Below, in pieces: positions 48,397-58,886 of a DNA stretch of 64,000 nt. How positions within the stretch are numbered: position 1 is the first letter of the stretch; every line of letters starts with the position of its first letter. Under the pieces are notes generated by a model. That model made no database searches. It saw only the letters and a list, made by a program, of their open reading frames with translations, and was not told the DNA's origin. The position numbers and the translations under genes were made by a program. The DNA comes from a virus: IMG/VR virus record IMGVR_UViG_3300013794_000014, positions 1-64,000 of that record. One strand, written 5' to 3'.

Positions 48397-49684
48397 GAAC
48401 AAACTTCAGAAAATACAAGACTATTTACGACAGTATATCAAAGGACAAGAGCATGTCATTAAGTTAATTTCTATCTTACTGATTAACAGAGATCGAATTG
48501 AACGTATCAAATCTAAATTTAATTTTGAATCCGATACTAATATCAATGACAATGACAATGATATAGAATATCCCAAAGATGAGTTAGTGCCTCCTAACAT
48601 TATGTTAATTGGGCCGTCTGGATGTGGTAAAACCGAATTAACTAAACGTATTGCAGAAATTAGTGGGCGGTTTTGGTTCAGGATACCATGTACTGTATTG
48701 TCTGCAACTGGATATGTTGGTAAAGACGTAAACGACATATTGAAATATGCAATTGAATCAGCTATACAGAAAATACAAGAACAAAAACGTAAGGAGATAA
48801 TTGAACGGCAACTAGATAAACTATTATTGCGTGCTACTAAACCGCCACTAGTTACTGATACATATGTAAATAGTATTAAGAAATATGTTGAAGTTTATCG
48901 TAAGAATCCAGAACATCCACTGTTAGAAGAATTGTTAGTAGCAACGGTACCTGAACCGCATTACATGTTTAATCAAAAAGGTGAGAAATATACTGCAGGT
49001 ATTTTCTATCAAGAAGTCCGGGATACTGTAAAATCTATAATTGAAAAGTTAATTGAGGGTGAGTTAGCGAAACAACAGGAAAAAATACAAATGGAAGCAA
49101 TTAAACAAGTTGAAAACGGCATAATTATGCTTGATGAAATCGACAAGATTGTTGGAGGACGTCTCGATAACGTTTCAATGTATGGTGTTCAAAGAGAACT
49201 TCTTGCATTAGTTGAAGGATCCACATTTCATACACAATATGGTCCGATTAACACGAAAAACATATTGTTTATTTCAGCAGGAGCATTTCAAGTTGTATCA
49301 CCAGATGAAATGTTACCAGAACTGAGAGGTCGTTTTCCAATACGAATAAAACTTAAACCACTAATGAAAAAAGATTTCGTTGAAATTCTGAAACATTCAA
49401 GACTATCACCATTGAAAAAGTTCCAAACCATAATGAAAGCAGATGGAATTAACGTTACTTTTACAGACGACGCAATTGAGTATCTTGCTGAATATGCTGA
49501 AATGTTAAATCAGAAAGAAGAACAAATTGGTGCAAGACGTCTATGGGAATTATTTGATAAACACCTTATTGACTTGTATTTACTAGAAAAAGATACTGTA
49601 ATCACGAAGGAAATGTTACAAGAATTATTGCCAAGACATAGTAGAAGAAAACAAAAAAGATTTCCATATGAGATGTATATATAG
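48386..49684 (+). CDS. hslU: HslU/ClpY-type AAA+ unfoldase with a C-terminal HbYX motif
   Basis: GQEH, PPNIMLIGPSGCGKTE, pore loop GYVG, LDEIDKI, GVQRELLALVEG, ILFISAGAF, PELRGRFPIR, IGARRL; ends YEMYI*. Confidence 0.92.
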   Translation: MDGKNKLQKIQDYLRQYIKGQEHVIKLISILLINRDRIERIKSKFNFESDTNINDNDNDIEYPKDELVPPNIMLIGPSGCGKTELTKRIAEISGRFWFRIPCTVLSATGYVGKDVNDILKYAIESAIQKIQEQKRKEIIERQLDKLLLRATKPPLVTDTYVNSIKKYVEVYRKNPEHPLLEELLVATVPEPHYMFNQKGEKYTAGIFYQEVRDTVKSIIEKLIEGELAKQQEKIQMEAIKQVENGIIMLDEIDKIVGGRLDNVSMYGVQRELLALVEGSTFHTQYGPINTKNILFISAGAFQVVSPDEMLPELRGRFPIRIKLKPLMKKDFVEILKHSRLSPLKKFQTIMKADGINVTFTDDAIEYLAEYAEMLNQKEEQIGARRLWELFDKHLIDLYLLEKDTVITKEMLQELLPRHSRRKQKRFPYEMYI

Positions 49685-49735
49685 ATGTTCTGATAGATGA
49701 TGAATATAATGTAATAAACAGTTATCGGTGACAAA

Positions 49736-50671
49736 ATGCATGGTAAAATACATCCACATTGGTTTTTACCAATGAATTATTTTCCATGTCAATATTACAT
49801 CAGAGCATATAGTGCTAATTTCACAGAAAATTGGTTTGTAAAATATGAAACAGAATCAAGTACAGTTGTTGACGATGATGGTAACGAAATACCAATGGTA
49901 GTTCCTGTAGAACCTGATAAATATCATAATATTAACAGTAACGAATTAATTGCACTACAGTTCAATGCAAAAACCAAACAGTTTAAATTGATAGAAAAAG
50001 TATATACAACTAACAATTCTAGTAACGAAAATGAATTCATTTATCATCGTGAAAATATTATTAAATGTTATTACCCAGAAGATTTTACAGAGGTAAAAAA
50101 AGTGAAACCAGGACAATATATTGACGGCAGTAATATTGGTGATTTGATTTACGTTGCAACCACGGATGATGGTGCTGCTTGGACTAGTAATTTCTACTAT
50201 GGTACAAAAGAATATATTGGCCGCAGATTCAGACATTATGTAGATGTTAACAAAACTGTAATAACCGGATATGATGCTGAAGGTAGACCAATAACTACAA
50301 CGGTTCGGATTACATATACAAAACCATTTATTGTGTATTTGGATCCACATAAGTTTGCTGAAGAACATTTAGACTTAACAAATCAAGACTATGATTTTGC
50401 TTTAGTTAAATACACTGAGTGGAGTTCATGGCCAAATGCTAAACACCCCGTTTCTGGTAGACATAAAGCTATAATTTCAAAAAGAAACTACTATCCATAT
50501 GGTTGGTTTGAACCTTATCGTGAATACTGGACTCTTTTAAAACGTAAACCAAAAGAAGATAATGAAGATGGTTATGAGCGTATTTGTATGATGGCAAGAA
50601 CAGGGAAAGACACATCATATGGACTTGCTATCAGTGAAATTATCTATTACAAGTTAAATACAAATGAATAG
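49736..50671 (+). CDS. Hypothetical (virion?) protein, paralog of 50683
   Basis: FLPMNYF, YDFALVK, GLAISEIIYY. Confidence 0.7.
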   Translation: MHGKIHPHWFLPMNYFPCQYYIRAYSANFTENWFVKYETESSTVVDDDGNEIPMVVPVEPDKYHNINSNELIALQFNAKTKQFKLIEKVYTTNNSSNENEFIYHRENIIKCYYPEDFTEVKKVKPGQYIDGSNIGDLIYVATTDDGAAWTSNFYYGTKEYIGRRFRHYVDVNKTVITGYDAEGRPITTTVRITYTKPFIVYLDPHKFAEEHLDLTNQDYDFALVKYTEWSSWPNAKHPVSGRHKAIISKRNYYPYGWFEPYREYWTLLKRKPKEDNEDGYERICMMARTGKDTSYGLAISEIIYYKLNTNE

Positions 50672-50682
50672 GTGATCAAATT

Positions 50683-51492
50683 ATGTTTCTGCATTTACCT
50701 GAAAGAGTTTTTTTTGAAACTGAAATGAAACGTAAGGCATTACAACAGAACGCATACAATTTTGGTTGGACTTGGTATTATACAATTGAATCACAAGATC
50801 ATACGTTACAAGTACATTATACAGGTAATGCGATAACCAGTACAAATTACATAATGTTACAACCAACCAGATTCGATAACAGGTTTGTTAACCTTAACAT
50901 AAAGATTCTAAATGAACCTATATATGACCCAACCGATACACACGTTGTATATAGTTATACACATAAACTTGAGTTAATTTTTGAACAACAGTGTACACAT
51001 GTATATACGTATTATCCACATCCATCACATTTTTGGTATAAAAGGTTTAATTGGAGTGCAGACCATAAAGATGAGTTATGGGTTGATAACGACAAGTTCA
51101 AGTTGAAAATCTTTCCAATGTTAGATAAGTATCCTGGTACAGATGTGCAGCATAACGAATGGAGTGGTTTTTTGGGTATAGGAATGGTTGCTGGAGGTGC
51201 ACCAGCTGTGATACAAATTCCAATGGAAAATTTCATTCTTGATGAGGATGGAAATCCAATGGGCGAATGGGATTTTGCTGTTGTGCGCGGACATTGGCTT
51301 GGTGGCGAAACTATGTTATCATACGGTTCTAGAGATGACATTAAACCTGTATCAATGACTATACCTAAGCGTGAATTTGAAGTTGTTGTTAAACCAGGAG
51401 AATCATTATGGTACAGTAGTTTATCTGGTGGAAGTAGAGGTTTTGCAATAACTTACATTCAGTTTTATCGGTACAATCAAATTCCTGGTTAA
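50683..51492 (+). CDS. Hypothetical (virion?) protein, paralog of 49736
   Basis: HLPERVF, WDFAVVR, GFAITYIQFY. Confidence 0.7.
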   Translation: MFLHLPERVFFETEMKRKALQQNAYNFGWTWYYTIESQDHTLQVHYTGNAITSTNYIMLQPTRFDNRFVNLNIKILNEPIYDPTDTHVVYSYTHKLELIFEQQCTHVYTYYPHPSHFWYKRFNWSADHKDELWVDNDKFKLKIFPMLDKYPGTDVQHNEWSGFLGIGMVAGGAPAVIQIPMENFILDEDGNPMGEWDFAVVRGHWLGGETMLSYGSRDDIKPVSMTIPKREFEVVVKPGESLWYSSLSGGSRGFAITYIQFYRYNQIPG

Positions 51493-51503
51493 AGGTGTCA
51501 ACA

Positions 51504-52094
51504 ATGTTATTACGCCTCTTACCTAACGAATATTTTAGTTTAGTGTTTCCAAAAGAACTTGATGAAAATACTAGTCAGTTGGGAAAGTTACAGTTAATAC
51601 GTTATAATAGACAACAAGAACAAGGACAAGAACATGAACAAAAACAAAATCAAGAACAGTATAAATATTATTTCATTAATGAAAGTTATGATAATTTCAC
51701 TGTTAAATTTGTGTTCAATGATGATTCAGTTCTGTATGTACCTGTAGAAGTCTTTTCAAACAGGCATTGGGTAGTTTGTTCACCTTTTGAAGTCCATGTA
51801 CACTCTTTACATGAAAATCCTTCTTTTGGTTTTACACATCATTTAGATGGTCTTTATTGTCATTATAGTACACGTGATTATTTGGTTTTTGAGAACTTAA
51901 ACGTTTATACATATAGATATACGTTTTATGGTGAAGATTGTGTTATAGAACATGTAGACCTGTACAATAACAGTATGTTTATCACAGATCTTACTGACCA
52001 AACTGAAAAGACTTCAATAATTATGAAACCCACTGAAAAGATCATTGTTGTTGTACAAGGAGACTTGTACTTTAAGTCAATGAAATGTTGGTGA
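51504..52094 (+). CDS. Hypothetical protein
   Basis: SD AGGTG; LLPNEYF resembles the N-termini of the two preceding genes. Confidence 0.65.
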   Translation: MLLRLLPNEYFSLVFPKELDENTSQLGKLQLIRYNRQQEQGQEHEQKQNQEQYKYYFINESYDNFTVKFVFNDDSVLYVPVEVFSNRHWVVCSPFEVHVHSLHENPSFGFTHHLDGLYCHYSTRDYLVFENLNVYTYRYTFYGEDCVIEHVDLYNNSMFITDLTDQTEKTSIIMKPTEKIIVVVQGDLYFKSMKCW

Positions 52095-52099
52095 CATAA

Positions 52100-53536
52100 A
52101 TGACATTAGACGAGTATGTATATACAGTTTACATTGATAACAAGAAGTTTACTGGATATTTAAGGATACCTGAAACAATACTTACTAAATTTGGAAGGCA
52201 AATAATAGCCTACTTAGAACTCGAAAACGTTTCAGGAATAGAACCTGGAACGAAAAAAGTTGTTATACGTTGGCCTAAAAGTGTATTCCCATACGTCTTA
52301 AATGCTTCAAATGTCATTTTCGAAATAGATGGCCGTTTAGTATTCCAACATAATGTATCTACAAATTCTGAAACGTATACAACAGAACATGCGGTATCAA
52401 TAGACAGTGAGTTTAAGTGTTTGAGAGTATATATCGGATCAGAAGAACAAGATACTACAAAAACTGTTATTGGGTACTTAAATGGAATTCGTGAATTCTT
52501 TACGTACTTATTCCAATTCCCTAAATCTATACGTAATAACGTTGGCGTTTTTGATACAACTACTTTTGATTTCGAATTCTCTAAACCAATGAAAGCCGAC
52601 ACAAGACATTATTTCGATTTATACATTCCCACTACTATATTGTTTGCTAAGCCTTCGCGTGCTGATTTACTGTTACAATCAATTGACATACTGACTATAC
52701 CTTTTGCTTTCTTAAAATGTTACTACGAAAATGAACTGTTGACTGATATGTCTACTAAAGGATCTGTATTTGTTTTTTCATATCCACGTGATTACCGCAT
52801 CATACCATTAGGATCAGTATGTTCTTTTAGTTTCCCAAAATCTTTTTCCGATCTTACAGACTTACTGTATATTTGGATAGTCGTTTCATCACCATCATCG
52901 TCATTATCACCATCAACAGTTACACCATTTCATGTATTGAAATCATTGTATTTAATTCCTGAGTTCATATGGTGTACTGCTCCTATATACGTTTTATCAT
53001 CAATTCATTCTATGGGGTTTTTCGACTTAGACAGTTTTTCGCTTACAATACCGAAAATATATAAAGAAAACCTTAGGTATGCTTCTGAGGTACATACAAT
53101 TGTCAATTTGTTTACAAAATCATTTTATGAAGGTACTAAAGCATCAGAAACTAACACCTTTACATTTACTGTACCGGGATCGCGTGAACATATGATGATT
53201 TTCATGTTTTTCCATACTGTTTTGTTGGACAAGTACTTGTATATCGCTATACCATTAGAAACAAACCTTATATCTACATTATTTTTTAAGGCGTTTAAAA
53301 ATGTAATACCATGTGAGTCAACTACTATTTCCACATATACATATGTAAGATATCATGAGAAGGCAAATGTTGCAAGACCATATTGGTTAAACTTCACGAG
53401 ATGTTATGAACCGAAATTTGAATGGGTTGTTGATTTTGATGTACCACCAGATCTCTTGTTCTTCAACTATGTATCACTTAACGAAGAATTTAACTTAGAT
53501 CTCCTGTTACTTGATCCTGATGCCAAAATCTTCTAA
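52100..53536 (+). CDS. Hypothetical beta-rich protein
   Basis: 478-aa ORF with SD GGTGA. Confidence 0.7.
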   Translation: MTLDEYVYTVYIDNKKFTGYLRIPETILTKFGRQIIAYLELENVSGIEPGTKKVVIRWPKSVFPYVLNASNVIFEIDGRLVFQHNVSTNSETYTTEHAVSIDSEFKCLRVYIGSEEQDTTKTVIGYLNGIREFFTYLFQFPKSIRNNVGVFDTTTFDFEFSKPMKADTRHYFDLYIPTTILFAKPSRADLLLQSIDILTIPFAFLKCYYENELLTDMSTKGSVFVFSYPRDYRIIPLGSVCSFSFPKSFSDLTDLLYIWIVVSSPSSSLSPSTVTPFHVLKSLYLIPEFIWCTAPIYVLSSIHSMGFFDLDSFSLTIPKIYKENLRYASEVHTIVNLFTKSFYEGTKASETNTFTFTVPGSREHMMIFMFFHTVLLDKYLYIAIPLETNLISTLFFKAFKNVIPCESTTISTYTYVRYHEKANVARPYWLNFTRCYEPKFEWVVDFDVPPDLLFFNYVSLNEEFNLDLLLLDPDAKIF

Positions 53537-53545
53537 GGTGTCTTT

Positions 53546-54100
53546 ATGCTATTAATGTCTATTCATGTTGCTGGTGATGCTCAAACATTGAAACTAGCGG
53601 CCGGGGCAAAAGTAAACGAATATTTAGTTCCATACAAATATAAGGACATACCTATGGTAACACCAGGACATATGTTTAAACTAGAAGGCTATGCTTTATG
53701 TTATGATAACTTAGAAATAACAATAAAGACGAAAGGCCAAGTTGAGTTCTATGTAGATGATGACACATGTCTCATCCAAGATGAATTTGACGATTGTACT
53801 GTACAATTGTCAACTGGTATACACCCAATTACATGTTATATTAAACCTACAGAATATCCTGTCTCATATGAGTTATCACCAAATATATTTGTACTTAACA
53901 ACGGATATATTGAGTTCACAGATCCGAAACCACTAACTACAAAACTTTTAAACTTTAGATTTGTAAATCCAGAAAAACATGTAAGACAAAAATACTATAT
54001 TGGAACAAGAAAATTGAAAACGTATTATTACGATTATAAACATTTAGATGACAAGTATACAGATACAACTGTAGTTATACCTCCAGAAGATGAAAGTTAA
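53546..54100 (+). CDS. Hypothetical protein, possibly PA14-like
   Basis: FKLEGY...EFYVDD...VQLSTGIHPI. Confidence 0.55.
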   Translation: MLLMSIHVAGDAQTLKLAAGAKVNEYLVPYKYKDIPMVTPGHMFKLEGYALCYDNLEITIKTKGQVEFYVDDDTCLIQDEFDDCTVQLSTGIHPITCYIKPTEYPVSYELSPNIFVLNNGYIEFTDPKPLTTKLLNFRFVNPEKHVRQKYYIGTRKLKTYYYDYKHLDDKYTDTTVVIPPEDES

Positions 54101-54162
54101 GTAGATGAAAATTAAATAAATGAAAGTTAGGTAATTGTCTAAGTAATAATTAGGTGATCACT

Positions 54163-54612
54163 ATGTACCAGTACCAGTTAAAAGTAAAAGTAAAACGGTT
54201 AACAGAAAACGCAAAATTACCAACTAAAGCATATGAGGGCGATTTAGGCTATGACTTATATTCTATTGAGTCTGTAACTGTTAAACCGAATGAAAAGCCC
54301 ACTTCAATTAGAACTGGTATAGCTATTGAGTTACCTAACAATTATGGGTGTATCATCAAAGACAGATCTAGTTTGGCGTCAGAAGGCTTACATGTCGTTG
54401 CTGGAGTCATTGATAACGGTTATAGAGGAGAAATAATCGTAAAAATGGTTAATTTATCTAATAAACCTATTACGTTAGTAGAGGGCACGAAAATAGCTCA
54501 AATGATCTTGATTCCAGTTGTAAACTGTGATATCATTGAAGTAGAACAGTTGTCTAAGACTGATAGAAACGATAAAGGATTCGGATCTTCAGGACTCTAT
54601 TCCACTAAATAA
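54163..54612 (+). CDS. dut: Trimeric dUTPase
   Basis: GYDL, RSS, GVIDNGYRGEI, KIAQ, RNDKGFGSSG. Confidence 0.95.
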   Translation: MYQYQLKVKVKRLTENAKLPTKAYEGDLGYDLYSIESVTVKPNEKPTSIRTGIAIELPNNYGCIIKDRSSLASEGLHVVAGVIDNGYRGEIIVKMVNLSNKPITLVEGTKIAQMILIPVVNCDIIEVEQLSKTDRNDKGFGSSGLYSTK

Positions 54613-54926
54613 ACTTTACTTGCATTAAGAAAAACAAAATCTTCGATCTTGAAAAGAGTTCCTCTTACATAAAGGATTTTATCTTGTGAAAGCGATTTAT
54701 TAAGTAAGTTTTTGTCAATATGAACGATAAAGTAGTCAGATTCATCTTGTAACGATCTTATTGTCACAGAATAATACTCTTTAACTTTCGATTTAAGTTC
54801 TTTGCGTTTCAACTGTACCCTAGAAACTTTACCTATTACTTCTAGATCAAAAATACATGGCTGACCATTTTCACATGTTCTTGCTATTTCTCTAATTTCC
54901 TTAAAGGTTAATGGTTCAATCTCCAC
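54597..54926 (-). CDS. OB-fold protein (ssDNA-binding-like)
   Basis: VIGKVSRV...SLQDESDYFIV...ILYVRGTL; SD AGGAGGTG on the minus strand. Confidence 0.6.
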   Translation of the reverse strand: MEIEPLTFKEIREIARTCENGQPCIFDLEVIGKVSRVQLKRKELKSKVKEYYSVTIRSLQDESDYFIVHIDKNLLNKSLSQDKILYVRGTLFKIEDFVFLNASKVYLVE

Positions 54927-55003
54927 GATAACACCTCCTTTAAAGTTCTAATATAACATTAAAAAAGCTAGTACTATATATAGTTTATGATGGGTGATTT
55001 CTA

Positions 55004-55585
55004 ATGAAAAAACCGTTATTTATAGCGTTTACGGGGCCTGCATCATCTGGTAAATCAACACTTGTAAAGCATTTAGCAGAAATCTTAAAAGTCAATTATA
55101 ACGTATATGTGGTTAGTGAGGTTGTACGTAGTATCCTGAAACACTGGAACATATCGTTAGATGCGTTACTTGAAAACCCTGATTTATTTTTTGATTTCCA
55201 AGTTAAAAGTTTAACAAAACAGATTTTGCTTGAAGAACGCCTACTGAAAAGTGACTACGACATTGTACTATTCGATAGATCAGTACATGATTACTTTATA
55301 TATGCCGCCCTTGGTTTACCACCCCATAAATTCAATGAATACAAAGATCATTTCAAGGATGTAACAAACAATTACGATCTACTTATTTACTGTGAACATT
55401 TAGGATTTGTCAACGATGGCGTTAGATCCAAAAAATACATTGAACTCGGTGAAATTGGGTTATTCCAAACGCTAGTGAAACCTTACGCAAATTACGTTTT
55501 AAGCGTTGAGCCACATTGGAAGCGTATACATAAAGTATTAGGGTGTATTGCGGGGTGTCTATCCAATGATTCAGAACATAGATAG
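55004..55585 (+). CDS. P-loop nucleoside/nucleotide kinase (NadR/AAA_28-like)
   Basis: GPASSGKST, SEVVR, DRSVHD, DGVR. Confidence 0.75.
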   Translation: MKKPLFIAFTGPASSGKSTLVKHLAEILKVNYNVYVVSEVVRSILKHWNISLDALLENPDLFFDFQVKSLTKQILLEERLLKSDYDIVLFDRSVHDYFIYAALGLPPHKFNEYKDHFKDVTNNYDLLIYCEHLGFVNDGVRSKKYIELGEIGLFQTLVKPYANYVLSVEPHWKRIHKVLGCIAGCLSNDSEHR

Positions 55586-56984
55586 AGCAAAAGAACATAT
55601 TGAAAAAGTGATAAAAAGTAAAGGAAATATAAAGGTTGTAACGCATTGGGATGTAGATGGACTTACGTCATTTACCATACTGAAACGCCTATTTGATCAT
55701 TTAGAGGCCGACTACCATATCGAATATGTACCGGTACTTAATGATGAAACAATAATAGATTTAGAACTAAACGACTATGATACTGTTTTGTTTGCTGATC
55801 TAGGTAGTTCATCATTACACTTTATCAATGAAGAAGTAAAAGACAAGACTGTTATTGTACTTGATCACCACTATCCAGAAAACGTCAATAGTCTGAATTT
55901 CAAATTGATTCATGTAAACCCGAATTTATGTGGCTATACTGGTGATTCATCTGCTTGTGGAGCAACCCTTAGTTACCTATTAGCAAGAGAATTTGGACTT
56001 ACTGAATTAGCCAAATATGCTCTAATTGGTGCTATAGGTGATGCTCAATCTTCAAATAGTGGCTACTTAGAAGACTTCAATACAGTACCCATAACTGATA
56101 TGGCCAATGAAGTCGTTGTTAAATCAGCTTTACAAGTTTACGGTAAGTTTTCAAGACCATTGATATTGTCACTAAAGTACTCATCAAACATCTTTTCAAA
56201 CTTCAGTGAATCTGATAACAATATATTGGCGTTTTTCTACAAAATCAAAAATGATACTGGAATTGATTTGCCATATCATAAACCTTATTGTTACTTGACG
56301 TTAAAACAAGTACAAGTATTAGCTGACTATTTATTTCGTTACATGAAACGGTTTATACCAAAAGAATTCCATAAGTATATTCATTGGTGTTTGTTTGGTA
56401 AGTCGTATCACATTAACGTTGATACAGAACAAATAGTCAAAAGTCCTTGGACTTATGATTTTGAAGAAATCCCATCGTTTCTGAACGCTTCAATACGTGT
56501 AAAACAACATGACTTAGTTATCAAATATTTGTTAAATGGACAAAATGAAAAAACCCTATTAAGTAATTACCGCAAGTATAAACAAAAATTGTCAAAAGCA
56601 ATTAGAAACTTTGAAGATATTTGTACTTATGATCAATTGACAAATATCCAGTATTATATTGCTTACTATGATAACAGTGAAATTGAACCGACTATGTCTG
56701 GTGTATTGGCTGGAATGTTATATGCAAAACCTGAATTTGACTATACAAAACCAAATGTCGGTATCGTTGAATTTGAAGACGGATGGAAAGTTTCGATAAG
56801 GGGTTCAAAGTTATTGCAATTTACAGATTTCCATGCAGGACAAATACTTATGGAACTTTCAAAACGCTATGGTGGTTCTGCAGGTGGACATAAGTTGGCA
56901 GCAGGAGCAATGCTTCCTTATGATGTCGACCTAGACGCTTATTTACAAGATCTGAATAAGTTATGTACATATAATGTAAGGTGA
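55566..56984 (+). CDS. recJ: Archaeal RecJ/GAN-like DHH nuclease
   Basis: HWDVDG, ADLGS, LDHH, GAIGD, KVSIR, GGHKLAAG. Confidence 0.88.
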   Translation: MIQNIDRAKEHIEKVIKSKGNIKVVTHWDVDGLTSFTILKRLFDHLEADYHIEYVPVLNDETIIDLELNDYDTVLFADLGSSSLHFINEEVKDKTVIVLDHHYPENVNSLNFKLIHVNPNLCGYTGDSSACGATLSYLLAREFGLTELAKYALIGAIGDAQSSNSGYLEDFNTVPITDMANEVVVKSALQVYGKFSRPLILSLKYSSNIFSNFSESDNNILAFFYKIKNDTGIDLPYHKPYCYLTLKQVQVLADYLFRYMKRFIPKEFHKYIHWCLFGKSYHINVDTEQIVKSPWTYDFEEIPSFLNASIRVKQHDLVIKYLLNGQNEKTLLSNYRKYKQKLSKAIRNFEDICTYDQLTNIQYYIAYYDNSEIEPTMSGVLAGMLYAKPEFDYTKPNVGIVEFEDGWKVSIRGSKLLQFTDFHAGQILMELSKRYGGSAGGHKLAAGAMLPYDVDLDAYLQDLNKLCTYNVR

Positions 56985-56989
56985 TGTTT

Positions 56990-57337
56990 ATGCCTACAGT
57001 TGTTATTGATAGAGTGCGATTACCAGTAATTGAAGGTACATCTGATTTAAAGGAACGAGAAATCGCCTATGATGAAAAGTCTAAAAAACTAGTATTCAAA
57101 ATAGGTAATGAAGTAAAATACATTCCATTTGAAGATACGATTGTAAAAGATTTATTTGAACAATTGAAAAAGTATATTCAGGAACATTCTTTACCAATTC
57201 CTGTTATTCAAAAGGTACAAGACTTAGAAAAACAAAAAAACCCAATTAATGGACAAATATGTTATTGTGAAAGAACAGGTACAGTGTATATTTACATTGA
57301 TGATACATGGTGGCAACTAATACAAGCCAAAAAGTGA
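56990..57337 (+). CDS. Tail-fibre-associated protein
   Basis: P.NGQICY...GTVYIYIDDTW, a fibre-type repeat. Confidence 0.55.
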   Translation: MPTVVIDRVRLPVIEGTSDLKEREIAYDEKSKKLVFKIGNEVKYIPFEDTIVKDLFEQLKKYIQEHSLPIPVIQKVQDLEKQKNPINGQICYCERTGTVYIYIDDTWWQLIQAKK

Positions 57338-57341
57338 TAGT

Positions 57342-58874
57342 ATGTCAAATAACAATGACAAAGACAATGATAAGGTTATTGTAAGATACACGTTATTTTC
57401 AGTACTTGGTGATTACTTAAGAAATGTAACTTCAGAATCTTCGTTAGTCAATGAACGTGAACTAGTAATCGTTGATAAAACTGGACTGGGTATAATAGTT
57501 GGAAACAAACGCCACGAAATACACGATCCTGAGAAAATGGATATAAGTAGACTGTTACAACGTATTATACAAGAATACCAGTTATATCCAGTGTTATCTA
57601 TTGGTAAACCAAATAATGGTAACAAACAAGGCTATGGACATATGTACATAAGTGAAAACAAAAGACGTGTTATGTTAACGTATAACAATCAGAATATTGT
57701 CATAGGTGAATTGGCGTTACCAATACTAAAGGCTGATGGTAACTATTTATCCAAATCTAGATGGGAAATACAAGGTACGTATAAAGTTGAAAAGGATGGA
57801 GTAATCTTACAATCGGGTTATGCCAAATTCAACGACGATAAGCTTGATATCGATGACAAAACCCTAGAAATTAAGTTTCAAAACGTTGATGCTAAAACTA
57901 CTAGAAACATTACGATACTGAAAATCGGGTCAATTGAATTGAAGTACAGAACTGGTTACATTGACTTATATGTGGATGGAACTTACAAACGTACACTTAT
58001 AGGACTAGACACAAAAAAACGTTTTTTGAAAAAGAACAGAAACAAAAAACGTGATAATGATTATATTTCAAGTACAACACTAACTAAAGGACAGATATTG
58101 AAGGTTGTATACAAGGGAAAAAGTCAATCTGATCATCCTGTCAATTTAGAGGATCTTATTAACGATTTCGATTATAACCAATTTGAACGTGCTGCTAACG
58201 TAACTGAGATACATCTTTATGAAAATGATGATAGTGATAATTACACAAACACGCTATTTACATGTATCATGAAAGTTGACAGAATGCAACGAGTAAAATT
58301 CGGTATTAGTGGTGATGATGACTTTGGGTATGCTATCTACAGTCTTGAAGATCCAGAAACGTATATTAAGGCTTATCGTAAAAAACCAAATAATCAAATA
58401 ACATGTATTAAACAAATGTTTTTAAAGCCTGGATACTATTTAGTATGTGCATGGGTCAAGGAATTCAAGGGTACTTGTAGACTAACCTTATTTTGGAAAG
58501 GTGAAAATGACAGTAAATGGAAAGTATTTGGATGTAGTTCTGAACAAACTACAATTACAATTGGTGATAAACAGTATGAGGTTGGAAGTCCAGGTACACT
58601 CTATGCTTGGAATGTACAACAAACAGAATGTATGTGTAAAGAGTTCATAGAAAGTGCCAACATAGATCTCAGTAATCCTATCCAACTAGAAGAAACTAAA
58701 CCTGTTATCTTGTCTTTATGTTTTGATGATGGATATTTGACTACCATTAAATCCGATTCATATACAATATCTATCAACGACAATATAACAATAGATTCAA
58801 ACATAACCTTACAAATAGGTGAATCAAATAAGTCTATTAACTTAAAATACTACGATATTGTACTAAGACCATAG
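57342..58874 (+). CDS. Virion protein with a PA14-like domain
   Basis: FGISGDDDF, LKPGYY, KEFKG..RLTLFW. Confidence 0.55.
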   Translation: MSNNNDKDNDKVIVRYTLFSVLGDYLRNVTSESSLVNERELVIVDKTGLGIIVGNKRHEIHDPEKMDISRLLQRIIQEYQLYPVLSIGKPNNGNKQGYGHMYISENKRRVMLTYNNQNIVIGELALPILKADGNYLSKSRWEIQGTYKVEKDGVILQSGYAKFNDDKLDIDDKTLEIKFQNVDAKTTRNITILKIGSIELKYRTGYIDLYVDGTYKRTLIGLDTKKRFLKKNRNKKRDNDYISSTTLTKGQILKVVYKGKSQSDHPVNLEDLINDFDYNQFERAANVTEIHLYENDDSDNYTNTLFTCIMKVDRMQRVKFGISGDDDFGYAIYSLEDPETYIKAYRKKPNNQITCIKQMFLKPGYYLVCAWVKEFKGTCRLTLFWKGENDSKWKVFGCSSEQTTITIGDKQYEVGSPGTLYAWNVQQTECMCKEFIESANIDLSNPIQLEETKPVILSLCFDDGYLTTIKSDSYTISINDNITIDSNITLQIGESNKSINLKYYDIVLRP

Positions 58875-58886
58875 AGGTGAACTTTC

